Assembly (NCBI GenBank): GCA_965222375.1
Contig: CBDCTZ010000013.1
Location: forward strand, 384,001-448,000
DNA length: 64,000 nt
Direction of reading: 5' to 3'
Source of the DNA: Polyangiaceae bacterium
Lineage (GTDB): Bacteria; Myxococcota_A; Polyangia; Polyangiales; Polyangiaceae
Positions 19,592 through 29,719 of the stretch are shown here, piece after piece. Positions within the stretch are counted from its first letter, which is position 1. The number at the start of each line of letters is the position of its first letter. The position numbers were made by a program, and so were the translations under genes. The notes under the pieces were generated by a model, which did not search any database, was not told where the DNA came from, and saw only the letters and a program-made list of their open reading frames with translations.

Positions 19592-20422
19592 ATGTTGGGG
19601 ATCCTCGCCTTCTCAACCGGGTGTTGGGGTGGCGTGGAATCTGACCCAAAGGGCGGTGGCGGCGCTCCCCCCTGGTGGGCCACAGGGGGCGGCCTCGCGA
19701 CAGGCGGTTACTTCTCGACGGGCGGTTACTTCGCGACGGGCGGTAGTTCGTCAGGAGGCGGGCCCGCCGCGACAGGCGGCGGCGCGGGTTCCACCAACGC
19801 GTGTACTTTCGAAACCGAGCTTACTACTCGACCCGGACCGTGTGCCCAGCAACAGAAGGAGTGCGACGGCCCGAAGACCGTTGGGTGCGGGTCCTGCCCT
19901 GGGGACGAGAGTTGCTTCGGAAGTCGTTGCTACGATGCGCTCGGCGCGGTCCCGGACCTCCACTCGAACTATCTGTTGAGGCGTGCGATCCACGCGGAAG
20001 CAGAGGGCACCCGGTGCACCGTGAAAAACGACGGAAACCTCGAACGCGTCGAGGTGGCACTTTGGAACTCCAACGTCCCGGACATCACCATGGAGGTGTA
20101 TCTTCCTTGTGGGTCACAGACGCAGAAGGCCGCTGCCGTCACGATGCCCGCGTCAGCTTTTCCCAGTTATGCGGGCATACACGGAGTGCAACGGACGACA
20201 ACTTTCGTCCTCGATCCCCCGCTCCGCGTGCGTGCCGGCGATTTCGTGGACGTTACGTTCTATGCGTACGACTCCGACGGACCAAGCAAGACGGCCGTCG
20301 CTGGGATACAGACGGCGAATGTCGACCCAAACTGCGCAGCAATTTCCCGCGACCCCTACTTTGGTGTCATCCAGGTGAACACGGACTGGGATTTCATCGC
20401 CCGGCTCTACGTGCACCCCTAA
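19592..20422 (+). CDS. Hypothetical lipoprotein (TGG-repeat linker, Cys motif, beta-sandwich-like C-terminus)
   Basis: FSTGC lipobox; ATGG repeats; CGSCPGDESCFGSRC. Start uncertain. Confidence 0.65.
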   Translation: MLGILAFSTGCWGGVESDPKGGGGAPPWWATGGGLATGGYFSTGGYFATGGSSSGGGPAATGGGAGSTNACTFETELTTRPGPCAQQQKECDGPKTVGCGSCPGDESCFGSRCYDALGAVPDLHSNYLLRRAIHAEAEGTRCTVKNDGNLERVEVALWNSNVPDITMEVYLPCGSQTQKAAAVTMPASAFPSYAGIHGVQRTTTFVLDPPLRVRAGDFVDVTFYAYDSDGPSKTAVAGIQTANVDPNCAAISRDPYFGVIQVNTDWDFIARLYVHP

Positions 20423-20522
20423 GCCACCCACCGACCTTCCGTCGAGGCCCCTCCCCCGAATTAGGGCGGAGCGGCCGGCTCCAGTCGTCGCGCATCTCCA
20501 GCCCGGTGAGACGCCGCAGTGA

Positions 20523-21155
20523 GTGCAATATGCTCATGGCGGTGCCATGCTTGGGAATGCACGCACGAGGTGGGGAGAAGTGCACCCGAGCATAGTTCGT
20601 GGAGTAGCGAAAACCGGTACGGGAGGGGCTCCCTTATCGGCCCCGCGACTACGCAGCACCGCACTTCTTTTCGTGATGCTACTGATGGCTTGCGACAGCG
20701 GTTCGGCTCCACCCCCGTCCGAACCCAGTCCGGCGCCTGCTACGTCGAGCGCGGGGGTCGGCCTGGGCGGGCCGCCAAGTGAAGCGCAATGCAGACAAGT
20801 ACGCGAGTGCCTTCACGCCAAGCTCGCGCCCGGCCTCGACCCCACCCTTGGCGCCGCCTACTCCAAGGCGATTGATGCGTGTCTAGGGCAGACCGCGTCT
20901 GAGATTTGGAGGGTTGCGCGTTGCACGCCGATTCCACTGGGAAAGCATCCACGAAACGGAAGAGCGCTGGAGCTCTACGTCGGTTGCTGGGACCTGTGCC
21001 CCACCCACGCCCAAGCCCGCGTCAGGTACCTTTGGAGTCGGGGTTCAGATCAGTCGCGCCTTCGATCTGTGATCACGCGCACCGGGCGAGGGCGGCGTAT
21101 TTGGAGCCATGCGCGAGTCACGCTCGATCCCGCGCATGCTCGAAAGTTTTCGTAG
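20523..21155 (+). CDS. Hypothetical (possible lipoprotein)
   Basis: Internal LLFVMLLMAC signal, so the real start is probably later; C-terminus may be degraded. Confidence 0.45.
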   Translation: MQYAHGGAMLGNARTRWGEVHPSIVRGVAKTGTGGAPLSAPRLRSTALLFVMLLMACDSGSAPPPSEPSPAPATSSAGVGLGGPPSEAQCRQVRECLHAKLAPGLDPTLGAAYSKAIDACLGQTASEIWRVARCTPIPLGKHPRNGRALELYVGCWDLCPTHAQARVRYLWSRGSDQSRLRSVITRTGRGRRIWSHARVTLDPAHARKFS

Positions 21156-21326
21156 CACCCCTGCCCTAGGTCCTTGCGCGGAGCGGGATGGAGCACCGCG
21201 CGAATCCGTCTCAGAAGTTTGTTGGAGCCGGTGCCGGGCCGCACGCGGCGCGCCTGATGCGGTCCCCGGCGGGCTGTTGCGGTCCTAGCAAATGACCGGG
21301 GGGTCAACCGCCGGATTCACCTACGG

Positions 21327-22949
21327 TTAGGTGCGCCTTCTTTGCGGCCGCTTTTGCGCTGATCTCTTCGGCGACGTCGTGGCGGATTTGGTCTTCTTCG
21401 GCTTCGCGCTGCTTGCTTTCCCCGTTGGTTTCGCCGGCTTGGCGGGCGTCCTCGTCGCCTTGGCTGCCTTCTTCTTCTTAGTCGCCACCTTCTTCTTCGC
21501 CGCCACCTTCTTCTTCGGTGCCGCCTTCTTCTTCGGTGCCGCCTTCTTCTTCGGTGCCGCCTTCTTCTTCGGCGACGCCTTCTTCTTCGGCGACGCCTTC
21601 TGTTTCGGCGCCTTCCGCACCGCTTTGCGGCTCCCGCGCTTGGGCGCCGTCGGCAGCGGAACCGAGGGTGGCGGCGTGCTGGGCGGCACCACTTCCAGAT
21701 CGTCTTCGCTCAGCTCGATGAGGTCGTCGTCCTGGGCCTGTCGCGGTGGCACGGGTGGCGGCTTGCCACGACGCTGGGCAGCGCTCGTCGGTGTCGAATC
21801 ACCGAGCCCCAACAAAGTTGGCTCGCGCGCACTAGTGTGGTGCGGCCGCTGGGCACCTTGCTGCGCCGCGGTCGGGTTCGACGACGCCGCTGGGTCGGCC
21901 ACCGCAGCGCTAGGCCCCGCTGCGCCCGCCGTGGCGGCCGGCTCATCATCGGGCAGCATCGCCGCATCCGGCAGTGGCGACAGCCGCGAGCCCACTCCAC
22001 TTTCGTCCTGCAATCTGTCGCGCACGCCCGCCTTCAAGCGCCGCATCATGCCGGTAGCTGTCCGCCACATCACCGACAACTTCGAATCACCGGGCAGCCC
22101 GAAGCCCAGGAGCAGCTCGTTCCACAACGTGCGCACGTCAGCGAAACGCTCCTCGGGCTCGACCGCCAACGCCGACGCCACCCAGGGATCGAGCGACTTG
22201 GGCATATCGTCGCGCAGCTCGCTCAGGCTGGGTCGCTCGGCGCCGGTAGCCGCCTCGAGCTTGTCGAGCAGGGTCTCCGCGAGGAATGGCACCCGCCCCG
22301 ACAGCGCCCGAAAGACCACCGCACCCAGGGAGTAGACATCCGCTCGCTGGTCGACGTGATCGACGTCACCGCTCCAAACCTCCGGCGCAATGTAGCTCGG
22401 TGACCCCATGATCATCCCGACTTCCGTCAGCGGGCGGTCCGACTTGAAGCGGGCCAGACCGAAGTCCAGCAGTCGCACACCTCCGCCGACGGTGTCGCTG
22501 AGTAGGAAGATATTGCCCGGCTTCAAGTCACGGTGCAGGAGGCCGATGCCGTGCGCAGCTTCGAGAGTGTCCACGATCGGCGACAGGATCTCCACCAGCT
22601 CATTCGGTGCGAGACGCATCCCGATCTGCTCCAACTCCAGCAAGTGCTCCTCGAGGTTCTTGCCATCGAGAAACTCCATTACCAGACAAGGTGCGCCGCT
22701 GGACGCCGTACACAGGTCGCGAACCTTCACTGCGAGTGTGCCTTCGAGGGCCGCGAGCGCGCGTTGCTCGCGACGCATGCGCTCGACATAGTGTGGCTCT
22801 CTGGCGAAGCTCCCGGTCAACATCTTGACCGCCACGACGTCGCCCCGCTTCTGATCGCGAGCGCGAAAAACCACGCCGTGGCCACCGCGATCGAGCACGC
22901 CCAAGACCTGATAGCGACCGGCAATGACTAAAGGTGGGGATTCGGACAT
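21327..22949 (-). CDS. Hanks-type Ser/Thr protein kinase with a Lys/Ala/Pro-rich histone-H1-like tail
   Basis: RGGHGVV, VAVK, HRDLKPGN, DFG and APE motifs; tail of (KKKAAP)n. Confidence 0.92.
   Translation of the reverse strand: MSESPPLVIAGRYQVLGVLDRGGHGVVFRARDQKRGDVVAVKMLTGSFAREPHYVERMRREQRALAALEGTLAVKVRDLCTASSGAPCLVMEFLDGKNLEEHLLELEQIGMRLAPNELVEILSPIVDTLEAAHGIGLLHRDLKPGNIFLLSDTVGGGVRLLDFGLARFKSDRPLTEVGMIMGSPSYIAPEVWSGDVDHVDQRADVYSLGAVVFRALSGRVPFLAETLLDKLEAATGAERPSLSELRDDMPKSLDPWVASALAVEPEERFADVRTLWNELLLGFGLPGDSKLSVMWRTATGMMRRLKAGVRDRLQDESGVGSRLSPLPDAAMLPDDEPAATAGAAGPSAAVADPAASSNPTAAQQGAQRPHHTSAREPTLLGLGDSTPTSAAQRRGKPPPVPPRQAQDDDLIELSEDDLEVVPPSTPPPSVPLPTAPKRGSRKAVRKAPKQKASPKKKASPKKKAAPKKKAAPKKKAAPKKKVAAKKKVATKKKKAAKATRTPAKPAKPTGKASSAKPKKTKSATTSPKRSAQKRPQRRRT
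21488..21612 (-). repeat. 18-bp tandem repeat encoding PKKKAA/PKKKAS
   Basis: About 7 copies of CGCCTTCTTCTTCGG(T/C)G(C/A) on the + strand. Confidence 0.85.
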
Positions 22950-23050
22950 CGGGGCCTAGGAGTCTAGGCCAGCCAAAAAACGACGTCGACCGACGCACCC
23001 TGCAGCTCGAGCGCTTCGGCGATGCGGTCACCAAGAGCGCGCTATGACGG

Positions 23051-23353
23051 TCAGTACTCCTCGGGGCCACCGCCGCTGCCACCGCACTGCCAGTTGCATT
23101 CGCGGAAGTCGTCATAGGCGCTCCACGTGCAATCGACGTAAGTGCGCCAGCTAATTTCGTTGTCTTCCCACGCTTGATCGCAGTTGCGGCTGCTGGTTTC
23201 GTACTTGTTGTCGCAAGTCTCATAGCAGGTGCTCCAAGCTTGCTGCAGCGTGCCAGTCGATTCGTCGCCGGCGTCCGCACCGCTACAGCCTGCTGCGCCG
23301 AGCAAGAGTGCCGCGCCCGCGACAGAGAAAAGGGTGGCCTTTCTAAGCATCAT
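23051..23353 (-). CDS. Small lipoprotein/prepropeptide with a six-Cys hairpin core
   Basis: AAGC lipobox, ESTGTLQQA segment, then Cx3Cx10Cx16Cx10Cx3C. Confidence 0.75.
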   Translation of the reverse strand: MMLRKATLFSVAGAALLLGAAGCSGADAGDESTGTLQQAWSTCYETCDNKYETSSRNCDQAWEDNEISWRTYVDCTWSAYDDFRECNWQCGGSGGGPEEY

Positions 23354-23554
23354 TGGACTCTCCTAGTGTTCGCCGACCCGAGAGACCCGGCCGGCACGCC
23401 TCCCACCCTTCACAGGCCATGCCATTCGCAGAAGCGCCCACAAGCCCGCGCTCTCACCATCAGGCTGCTGGCTCGACCCCTCCAGTCAGGTAGGCCCGCA
23501 CCAACCACGACGCAGCCGATTGCGGGGCGTCGGACCTGGCGCATCGCCTTCCGG

Positions 23555-24037
23555 TCACCTGTGGTCGCGCGCCAACGCTCTGAGCGCGAGTAGGTGCATC
23601 AGGAACATGAGGGGCACGCCCATGGTGGGGATCGCGGACGCGGCGCTCATGTGGTCGGAGGCGCCCGCCGCCGGTGCTGTGGCGACGTTCTTCAGGAGAT
23701 CCACGAGTCCGACCACGCTCGCGAGCCAAGCCAGCGGAATGCCAGCGCGGCTTTTCAAGTCTAGGGCCAGTACCGCTGCGATGGCGAGCAGCGCCGTGGC
23801 CACATCCCCGATGACAAGCCAGCGCACCCAGCCCGGGTCGAGAGACGGCGAGGCTACACCCGGGATGAGCAGCAGTGCACTGATGTGACGGAATTGCTGC
23901 GGCAGCAGTAGCAGCTGTAGTTTCCGTCTGCGTTCAACACCTTTTAACCGAGGTAGAACGACGGTCCTGAGCACGAGCGCCCACGCGACGCCGCTGAGCA
24001 GCGCCATTCCCGCAAACACTGCCGTCGTCGGGATCAT
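23555..24037 (-). CDS. Hypothetical integral membrane protein
   Basis: About 5 hydrophobic segments; GDVATALLA. Confidence 0.65.
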   Translation of the reverse strand: MIPTTAVFAGMALLSGVAWALVLRTVVLPRLKGVERRRKLQLLLLPQQFRHISALLLIPGVASPSLDPGWVRWLVIGDVATALLAIAAVLALDLKSRAGIPLAWLASVVGLVDLLKNVATAPAAGASDHMSAASAIPTMGVPLMFLMHLLALRALARDHR

Positions 24038-24280
24038 CGTGGGGGAGACGGTAACAGGCCGCCTAGGGCGGTGTCTTCGAGCAGAGTCGACAGGCGCCGC
24101 TTGAGCTGTTTTCGGTTGAGGTCGACCCCAATTGCCCGATTCTGCTCTACTTGAAACCGCGAGTTCCGGTGTTTTACGCGAGCACTTTCGTCGGCTTGGA
24201 CTCCTCGGTGTCATCGGTGTTAGCAATCACCGACGAGCATCGCGGATATGGATACCGCGTACCGTCGACAGAGGTCAGCA

Positions 24281-25357
24281 ATGAAGGTTACGGTTTTGGG
24301 AGCGGGGGCCGGTGGTACGGCGATGGCGTTCGACTGCGCCTCTCACGGACACGAGGTCAGGCTGTTCGACTTCGCGCAGTTCCCCAACAACATTGCCAAG
24401 GTTGCGGAGCAGGGCGGCATTCATGCTCAGGGCGACATCGAGGGGTTCGGCAACATCGCCTATGCCGGGCACGACATTGGCGCGGCGCTGCAGGGCGCAG
24501 AGCTCATCTACGTCGTCGGACCCGCCTACGCCACGGACCCCTTCGGCAAAGCTGTGGCAGGCAAACTCCGTTCGGGCCAGACCGTCGTCGTGTCTCCGAG
24601 TTCCTGCGGCGGCGCGCTGGCGTTCAAGCGCGCGGCGCGTCTTGATGTCGACGATGATTCCGTGCGGGTCGCGGAGACATCGACGCTGCACTACGCCGTG
24701 CGCCTGACCGAGCCGGGCCGCATTCGTGTGTTCCTGAAACTCAAGGCTGGAAACCTGCTCGCTGCGTTGCCGGGCAAACACACGGATGACATCCTGAAGC
24801 TCATCGCCGACGTGTATCCAAGCATGGAGCCCGCGCGAAGTGTGCTGCAGACCAGCCTGCAGAACGCCAACCCCATCATCCATCCTGCCGTGACACTGGC
24901 CAACGCGGCGCGCATCGACACGGAAGGGGTGGATTTTCTGTTCTACGAAGAGGGCGTGAGTGACGCGACGGGCCGCCTGATTGAAGCCCTCGACAAGGAA
25001 CGGATCGCCATTGGCGACAAACTGGGCATCAAGGTTCTCAGAGATCCCGAGATAGGCATGCGCCAGGGTTACATGCGAGCAAACAACTACGGCTCGGGCT
25101 ACCGAGAAGCGCCCGGCTTCCTCGGTATCAGCGCGCAACCGCAGCTGGATCACCGCTATCTCAATGAAGACGTCGGCTACGGCCTGGTCTTCATGTCCAA
25201 TCTCGCGAGGCAAGTCGGCGTAGAGACGCCGACCATGAACGCGATCATTCAGGTCACCTCGGTGCTGATGAATCGCGACTATGCCGGCGAGGCGCTGCGG
25301 ACGCCCGAGTCCCTGGGCATCGGAGACCGATCCGCCGCTGAACTCGGCGAGCTATGA
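24281..25357 (+). CDS. NAD/NADP octopine/nopaline (opine) dehydrogenase family
   Basis: GAGAGG, LQNANPIIHP, FYEEGVS, LDKER, HRYLNEDVGYGL. Confidence 0.93.
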   Translation: MKVTVLGAGAGGTAMAFDCASHGHEVRLFDFAQFPNNIAKVAEQGGIHAQGDIEGFGNIAYAGHDIGAALQGAELIYVVGPAYATDPFGKAVAGKLRSGQTVVVSPSSCGGALAFKRAARLDVDDDSVRVAETSTLHYAVRLTEPGRIRVFLKLKAGNLLAALPGKHTDDILKLIADVYPSMEPARSVLQTSLQNANPIIHPAVTLANAARIDTEGVDFLFYEEGVSDATGRLIEALDKERIAIGDKLGIKVLRDPEIGMRQGYMRANNYGSGYREAPGFLGISAQPQLDHRYLNEDVGYGLVFMSNLARQVGVETPTMNAIIQVTSVLMNRDYAGEALRTPESLGIGDRSAAELGEL

Positions 25358-25426
25358 GCGTCGCTCCATCTCGGGCTCGCAACACGTGCGACCGTCTCAG
25401 TGCCACCCACACCGCCGAACAGGCCA

Positions 25427-26141
25427 TCAAGGCGCAAACTCGATGCCATTGCAGGGCGTCGGAAAGCCCGCCTCCTCGACGAATAGGTCGTGCTGCACGG
25501 TACACTGCCGGCGCCGACACGACGGCGTCGCGCCGGTCACCGAGCAGGCGCTCGGACTGAAGGTGCCGCCCACCGCGGTGCATCGGCTCTCCAATCGGGT
25601 TCGCGCTTTCGGAGCATCCGTGACCATCGCGTGATGATCCACGCAGCGCCCCCCCCGCCGGCGAGTCGCAGCTGCCAAGGAGGGCGAAGCCATCGCAACC
25701 CTCGGTCGAAGGGCACTGCCAGGGACTGCGATCCACACCTCCGTCGCCGGCGTCCGCCCCGGCATCGGCGATTTGCCATCGCACTTCGCATGTCCGCACC
25801 ACGCATACGGGTACTGGGCTCGGAACCACGCAAACGACACCGCTCTGCACGGATTCGAAACCGCAAGCGCCGCTATCGCCACTCCAGTCGCCGTAGAAGT
25901 CATAGCAGTCCTGGCTGCCGACCGGATACGAACAGCTGCGTACGAAAGGCAAATCGCCGCAGTAGCCCGACGCGTTACCTGCGCCGGCAGCGCCACCGGT
26001 CGAGCCACCTGTACCGGCGGTGCCGCCACTTCCAGCGCCACCAGTCGCTCCATCTGAACTGGAAGAATCCCCGCACGCGTTTGCGGCGAGGAAACCAAAG
26101 GCGGCGACGAGTGCGCCTAAGCGGGTCTGAATCGAGGCCAT
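25427..26141 (-). pseudogene. Cys-rich Gly-linker lipoprotein split by a frameshift in a G8 run
   Basis: ANAC lipobox. Shortening G8 to G7 at 25649-25656 joins ..GSCDSPAGG to RCVDHH..CTAVGGTFSPSAC... Confidence 0.65.
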
Positions 26142-26248
26142 GCTCGAATACTACCAGCGTGTGCTCTTCGCTCACGGCAGGCTAACGCTCGCGGATGCGG
26201 TTCTTGGGTTTTCCTACGCGCGCGTCCGTGGAAGTGTTCTCTCACCCC

Positions 26249-27589
26249 ATGGCCAAAACGACCCACCGCACCGCGCCGCTGCCTTCGACGCAGATGCCCA
26301 AGGGCATCCCCTACATCATCGGCAACGAGGCGGCAGAGCGCTTCAGCTACTACGGCATGCGCACGATCCTCGTCGTGTTCATGACCGAGTACCTGTTGAA
26401 CGCGGAGGGCGCGCTCGACGTCATGAGCAAAGAGGAGGCGAAGGGCTACTATCACCTGTTTGGCTCCGCGGTGTACGCGCTGCCCGCGCTGGGCGCGATC
26501 GTCAGCGACGCGTGGTGGGGCAAGTACAGCACAATCCTGCGCGTGTCGATCATCTACTGCCTGGGCCACCTGGCCTTGGCCCTGGACGAGACGCGCCTGG
26601 GCCTGGCCGTAGGGCTCAGCCTGATCGCGATCGGATCTGGCGGCATCAAGCCCTGCGTGACCGCTCACGTCGGCGATCAGTTCGGTACGAAGAACGAGCA
26701 CCTGCTCAGCCGAGTCATCGGTTGGTTCTACTTCTCCATCAACTTCGGGTCGTTTTTCGCCACGCTGCTGACCCCGTGGCTCTTGAAGCACCACGGCCCC
26801 CACGTGGCGTTTGGCCTGCCGGGCCTATTGATGTTCTTGGCCACGTTGGTGTTCTGGATGGGCCGCAACAAGTACGTGCACGTACCGCCCAAAGGCATGG
26901 CCTTCGTCAAAGAGGCGTTCAGCCGCGAAGGCCTGAAGGCCGTCGGTAAGCTCATCATCGTGATGCTATTCCTATCGCCCTACTACGCGCTCTTCGAGCA
27001 GCAGGGCTCTTCGTGGATCCTTCAGGCCAAGCAGATGGACCGTACGCTGCCCCTCATCGGCGAGGTGCTTCCGTCACAAGTGCATGCCGTCAATCCGCTG
27101 CTGGTGATGCTGTTCGTGCCGCTCTTCGAGTACGTGCTCTACCCCTTTGTGCGCCGCTTCACGGAAGTCACGCCGCTTCGCAAGATCGGCGCCGGCTTCT
27201 TCTTGGTCGCCGGCTCCTTCGCGGTGTGCGCTCACGCTGAAGCGCTGATCCAAGCTGGTGAAACGCCGACCATATGGTGGCAACTACTCGCCTATGCGCT
27301 GGTTACGGCCGGCGAGGTGCTCATCTCGGTGACGTCCCTCGAGTTCTTCTATACCCAGGCGCCGCGCAAGATGAAGTCCATGATCATGTCGATCAAGATG
27401 TTTGCCGTTTCCCTCGGCAACCTCGTCGCGGCGGGCGTGAACTTCTTGATTATGAACCCGGACAAGACGTCCAAGCTCCCGGGGGCGAGCTACTTCCTCT
27501 TCTTCGTCGGGATGATGGTGCTGACCGGGCTGCTCTACATTCCGGTAGCGAAGGCCTACAAGGTGCGGAACTACATGCAGGGGGAATAG
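26249..27589 (+). CDS. POT/PTR family proton-dependent oligopeptide transporter
   Basis: EAAERFSYYGMR, GSGGIKP, FYFSINFGS, LEFFYTQAP. Confidence 0.95.
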   Translation: MAKTTHRTAPLPSTQMPKGIPYIIGNEAAERFSYYGMRTILVVFMTEYLLNAEGALDVMSKEEAKGYYHLFGSAVYALPALGAIVSDAWWGKYSTILRVSIIYCLGHLALALDETRLGLAVGLSLIAIGSGGIKPCVTAHVGDQFGTKNEHLLSRVIGWFYFSINFGSFFATLLTPWLLKHHGPHVAFGLPGLLMFLATLVFWMGRNKYVHVPPKGMAFVKEAFSREGLKAVGKLIIVMLFLSPYYALFEQQGSSWILQAKQMDRTLPLIGEVLPSQVHAVNPLLVMLFVPLFEYVLYPFVRRFTEVTPLRKIGAGFFLVAGSFAVCAHAEALIQAGETPTIWWQLLAYALVTAGEVLISVTSLEFFYTQAPRKMKSMIMSIKMFAVSLGNLVAAGVNFLIMNPDKTSKLPGASYFLFFVGMMVLTGLLYIPVAKAYKVRNYMQGE

Positions 27590-27703
27590 ACCTGCTGGCT
27601 GCCTCGACGGAGGCGAGCTTGCCACCCGTGAAGCTGTGCGATTCGACCGGGCCTCAGCCCACAGCCTGGGGCTGCGTCCTGGGACCGAATCAACACGACG
27701 AAC

Positions 27704-28570
27704 TCACTCGTCGCAGTGATGGCCGGGGACGCAGAATGGTCCTGTGCTGTTGCTGCAGGTTCCGCCCTTGGGCGTGTCGTTCGGCGGCTGGAAACAGGCG
27801 ATGACTGGGCCACCGTTCTCGGTACCCAAGTCACACGCCTCTCCCGCTCCCGTACAACCGGCATTGGTGAGTGGGTTGCAATTCACGGGCAGCGCGCCGG
27901 GTTTGACGCAGCCCGCAGGCAGGCCGGCTCCACCATCCGACGAGGTGCCACCGGATCCGGCATCTGTGCTCGCATCGGTGGCAGCACCGCCGGTTCCCGA
28001 ATCTGTGCTCGCTCCACCCGTGCCGGAGTCTGTGGCAGCGCCACCGGTTCCGGAATCTGTGCTCGCTGCATCAGCTCCGGAATCCGTGCTCGTTCCACCC
28101 GTGCCAGCATCAACGCTCGTGCCACCAGCTCCAGAGTCCGTGGCGGCTCCGCCGGTTCCGGCATCAGCGCCGGCGCTACCGCCACTTCCGCCACCATCGG
28201 CTGTGCCAGCTTCGCACAGGCCTAGCGTGCCGAGCTGCGCTGCATCCAACGGAGCGCACGTCTCACCGGCGGCGCAATCGCTATCGGAACAGCAAAATTG
28301 CTTGCACGTCCCGTTCTGGGAAGCACCCCCAGTGCCACCGGTGTTGCCGCCGCCTCCCGTGGCGCCGGTTCCACCGCCCGCGCCCGTGGCGCCGGTTCCG
28401 CCACCTGCGCCCGTCGCGCCCGTGCCGCCTCCGGAGCCCGAGAAACCGCCGAAGGCGCCGCTGCCCCCGCTGCCACCACTGCCGTCGTCGCTATCGCTGG
28501 AACAGGCCACGCCCGAACCGAGCGCCACAACTCCCAAGACCACGCCTAAACCTAATGAACCCTTCATCAT
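27704..28570 (-). CDS. Gly-rich, Cys-rich lipoprotein with 9-aa tandem repeats
   Basis: GVAC lipobox; TGATGAGGG and TDSGTGGAA repeats; two Cys clusters. Confidence 0.8.
   Translation of the reverse strand: MMKGSLGLGVVLGVVALGSGVACSSDSDDGSGGSGGSGAFGGFSGSGGGTGATGAGGGTGATGAGGGTGATGGGGNTGGTGGASQNGTCKQFCCSDSDCAAGETCAPLDAAQLGTLGLCEAGTADGGGSGGSAGADAGTGGAATDSGAGGTSVDAGTGGTSTDSGADAASTDSGTGGAATDSGTGGASTDSGTGGAATDASTDAGSGGTSSDGGAGLPAGCVKPGALPVNCNPLTNAGCTGAGEACDLGTENGGPVIACFQPPNDTPKGGTCSNSTGPFCVPGHHCDE
27950..28175 (-). repeat. Degenerate 27-bp tandem repeat (TDSGTGGAA)
   Basis: About 7 imperfect copies within the lipoprotein CDS. Confidence 0.7.
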
Positions 28571-28833
28571 TGACTCCGTATCCTGGGACGTGCCCGGGTG
28601 TGCGTCTCGCCGAGTTACTCGACAGCCGCGCGAGGCCGGAAGTGTTTACGCGAGTAGGCGTCGTGTCAACGCAGTTTCGGCGAATCTTGGAAAAAATGGA
28701 AGTGTGAGCGTCTGCGCCCAGGGTGTTCGAGTCTGATTGGCCAACAGAGGCCGCTGAGTGGCCCTCAGCCTTCGCAACAAGCCCCGTAGCTGGGCGCGAA
28801 AAGATGCACCAGTGCGCGTGATAGACTTGTGGG

Positions 28834-29596
28834 ATGCGACTAAGAGCGGCCGTGGTCGCCAGCTCGTTGTTGGCGACTGGGTTGGCATGTAGCAGTGGCG
28901 AAAGTCGTGGGACCACTCCCCGGCTCGGGCGGCGGCGCCGGGGCGGCGGGTGGCGCAGGCGGCACATCCGGAGGCAGCGCTTCTGGAGGCGGCACGACGA
29001 GCTGGACCGGAGTGGCAACTGGCGACCCACTGCAAGTGACAGTGCAAATCGTCGTTCGCATGCTCACGCAGCCAAGCACTCACGCTGTGGTGGGTGTGTA
29101 CAACCCGGTCACGAGTTCGCAGCCCGACGGCGCAACCGTCACGCTGACTCCATCCGGGGAGAGCCCGATTGTACTCGGGGGTGGCGGCGGCATCCCGTAC
29201 CAAAAAGGATTCCAGCTCGGGTGGGTGGCGAGCTACGAACTGTCGATCTCACACACGTCCGGTTCGCGCACTGGCATCGTCATAACGCCCGCGAGCGCGC
29301 ACACCGTCGCACTCGATCCTCCACCGAAGGTAGACACGCCTACGCTCGTGACCTGGACGCCTAGTGGCGAAACCGACGTGGGCGCCCACGTTCTTCTCGG
29401 GAAATATGGAACCCCATCCGCTAGCCCCCTGCCGGACTCGGGTTCGTTCATGGTCCCCGCGACGGCCTTCCCGGCCCCCGGCGGAAACTCCGTCACTCTG
29501 GAAGTGCAGCGGTCCCGGCAGGATACGATGCTCCCGGAGCTATCGGTGCAAACCGTCGTGAGCGCATACCAACAGCAGATTGTCGTCCAGCCGTAG
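28834..29596 (+). pseudogene. Gly-linker lipoprotein split by a frameshift
   Basis: GLAC lipobox in ORF 28834. Removing one C at 28918-28921 joins it to the GSGGG.. frame of ORF 28895-29596. Confidence 0.7.
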
Positions 29597-29719
29597 GGAG
29601 CGGCCAACGAGGGGGCTTCAGTCTCGAGCACGGCATGCGTTGCCGCGAGCGGGCACTCATCGGCACATGATTAGCTTTGAGAGCAGACGTGGTCTCCGCG
29701 CAATACGCAGCGGGTCGGT

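Noticed and set aside
16899..21300. Intact prophage or integrative element at tRNA-Leu
   Set aside because: No integrase, phage genes or att duplication found.
27950..28430. Periodic repeats as a possible CRISPR array (also 21488-21612 and 46488-46548)
   Set aside because: In-frame coding repeats with no unique spacers and no cas genes.
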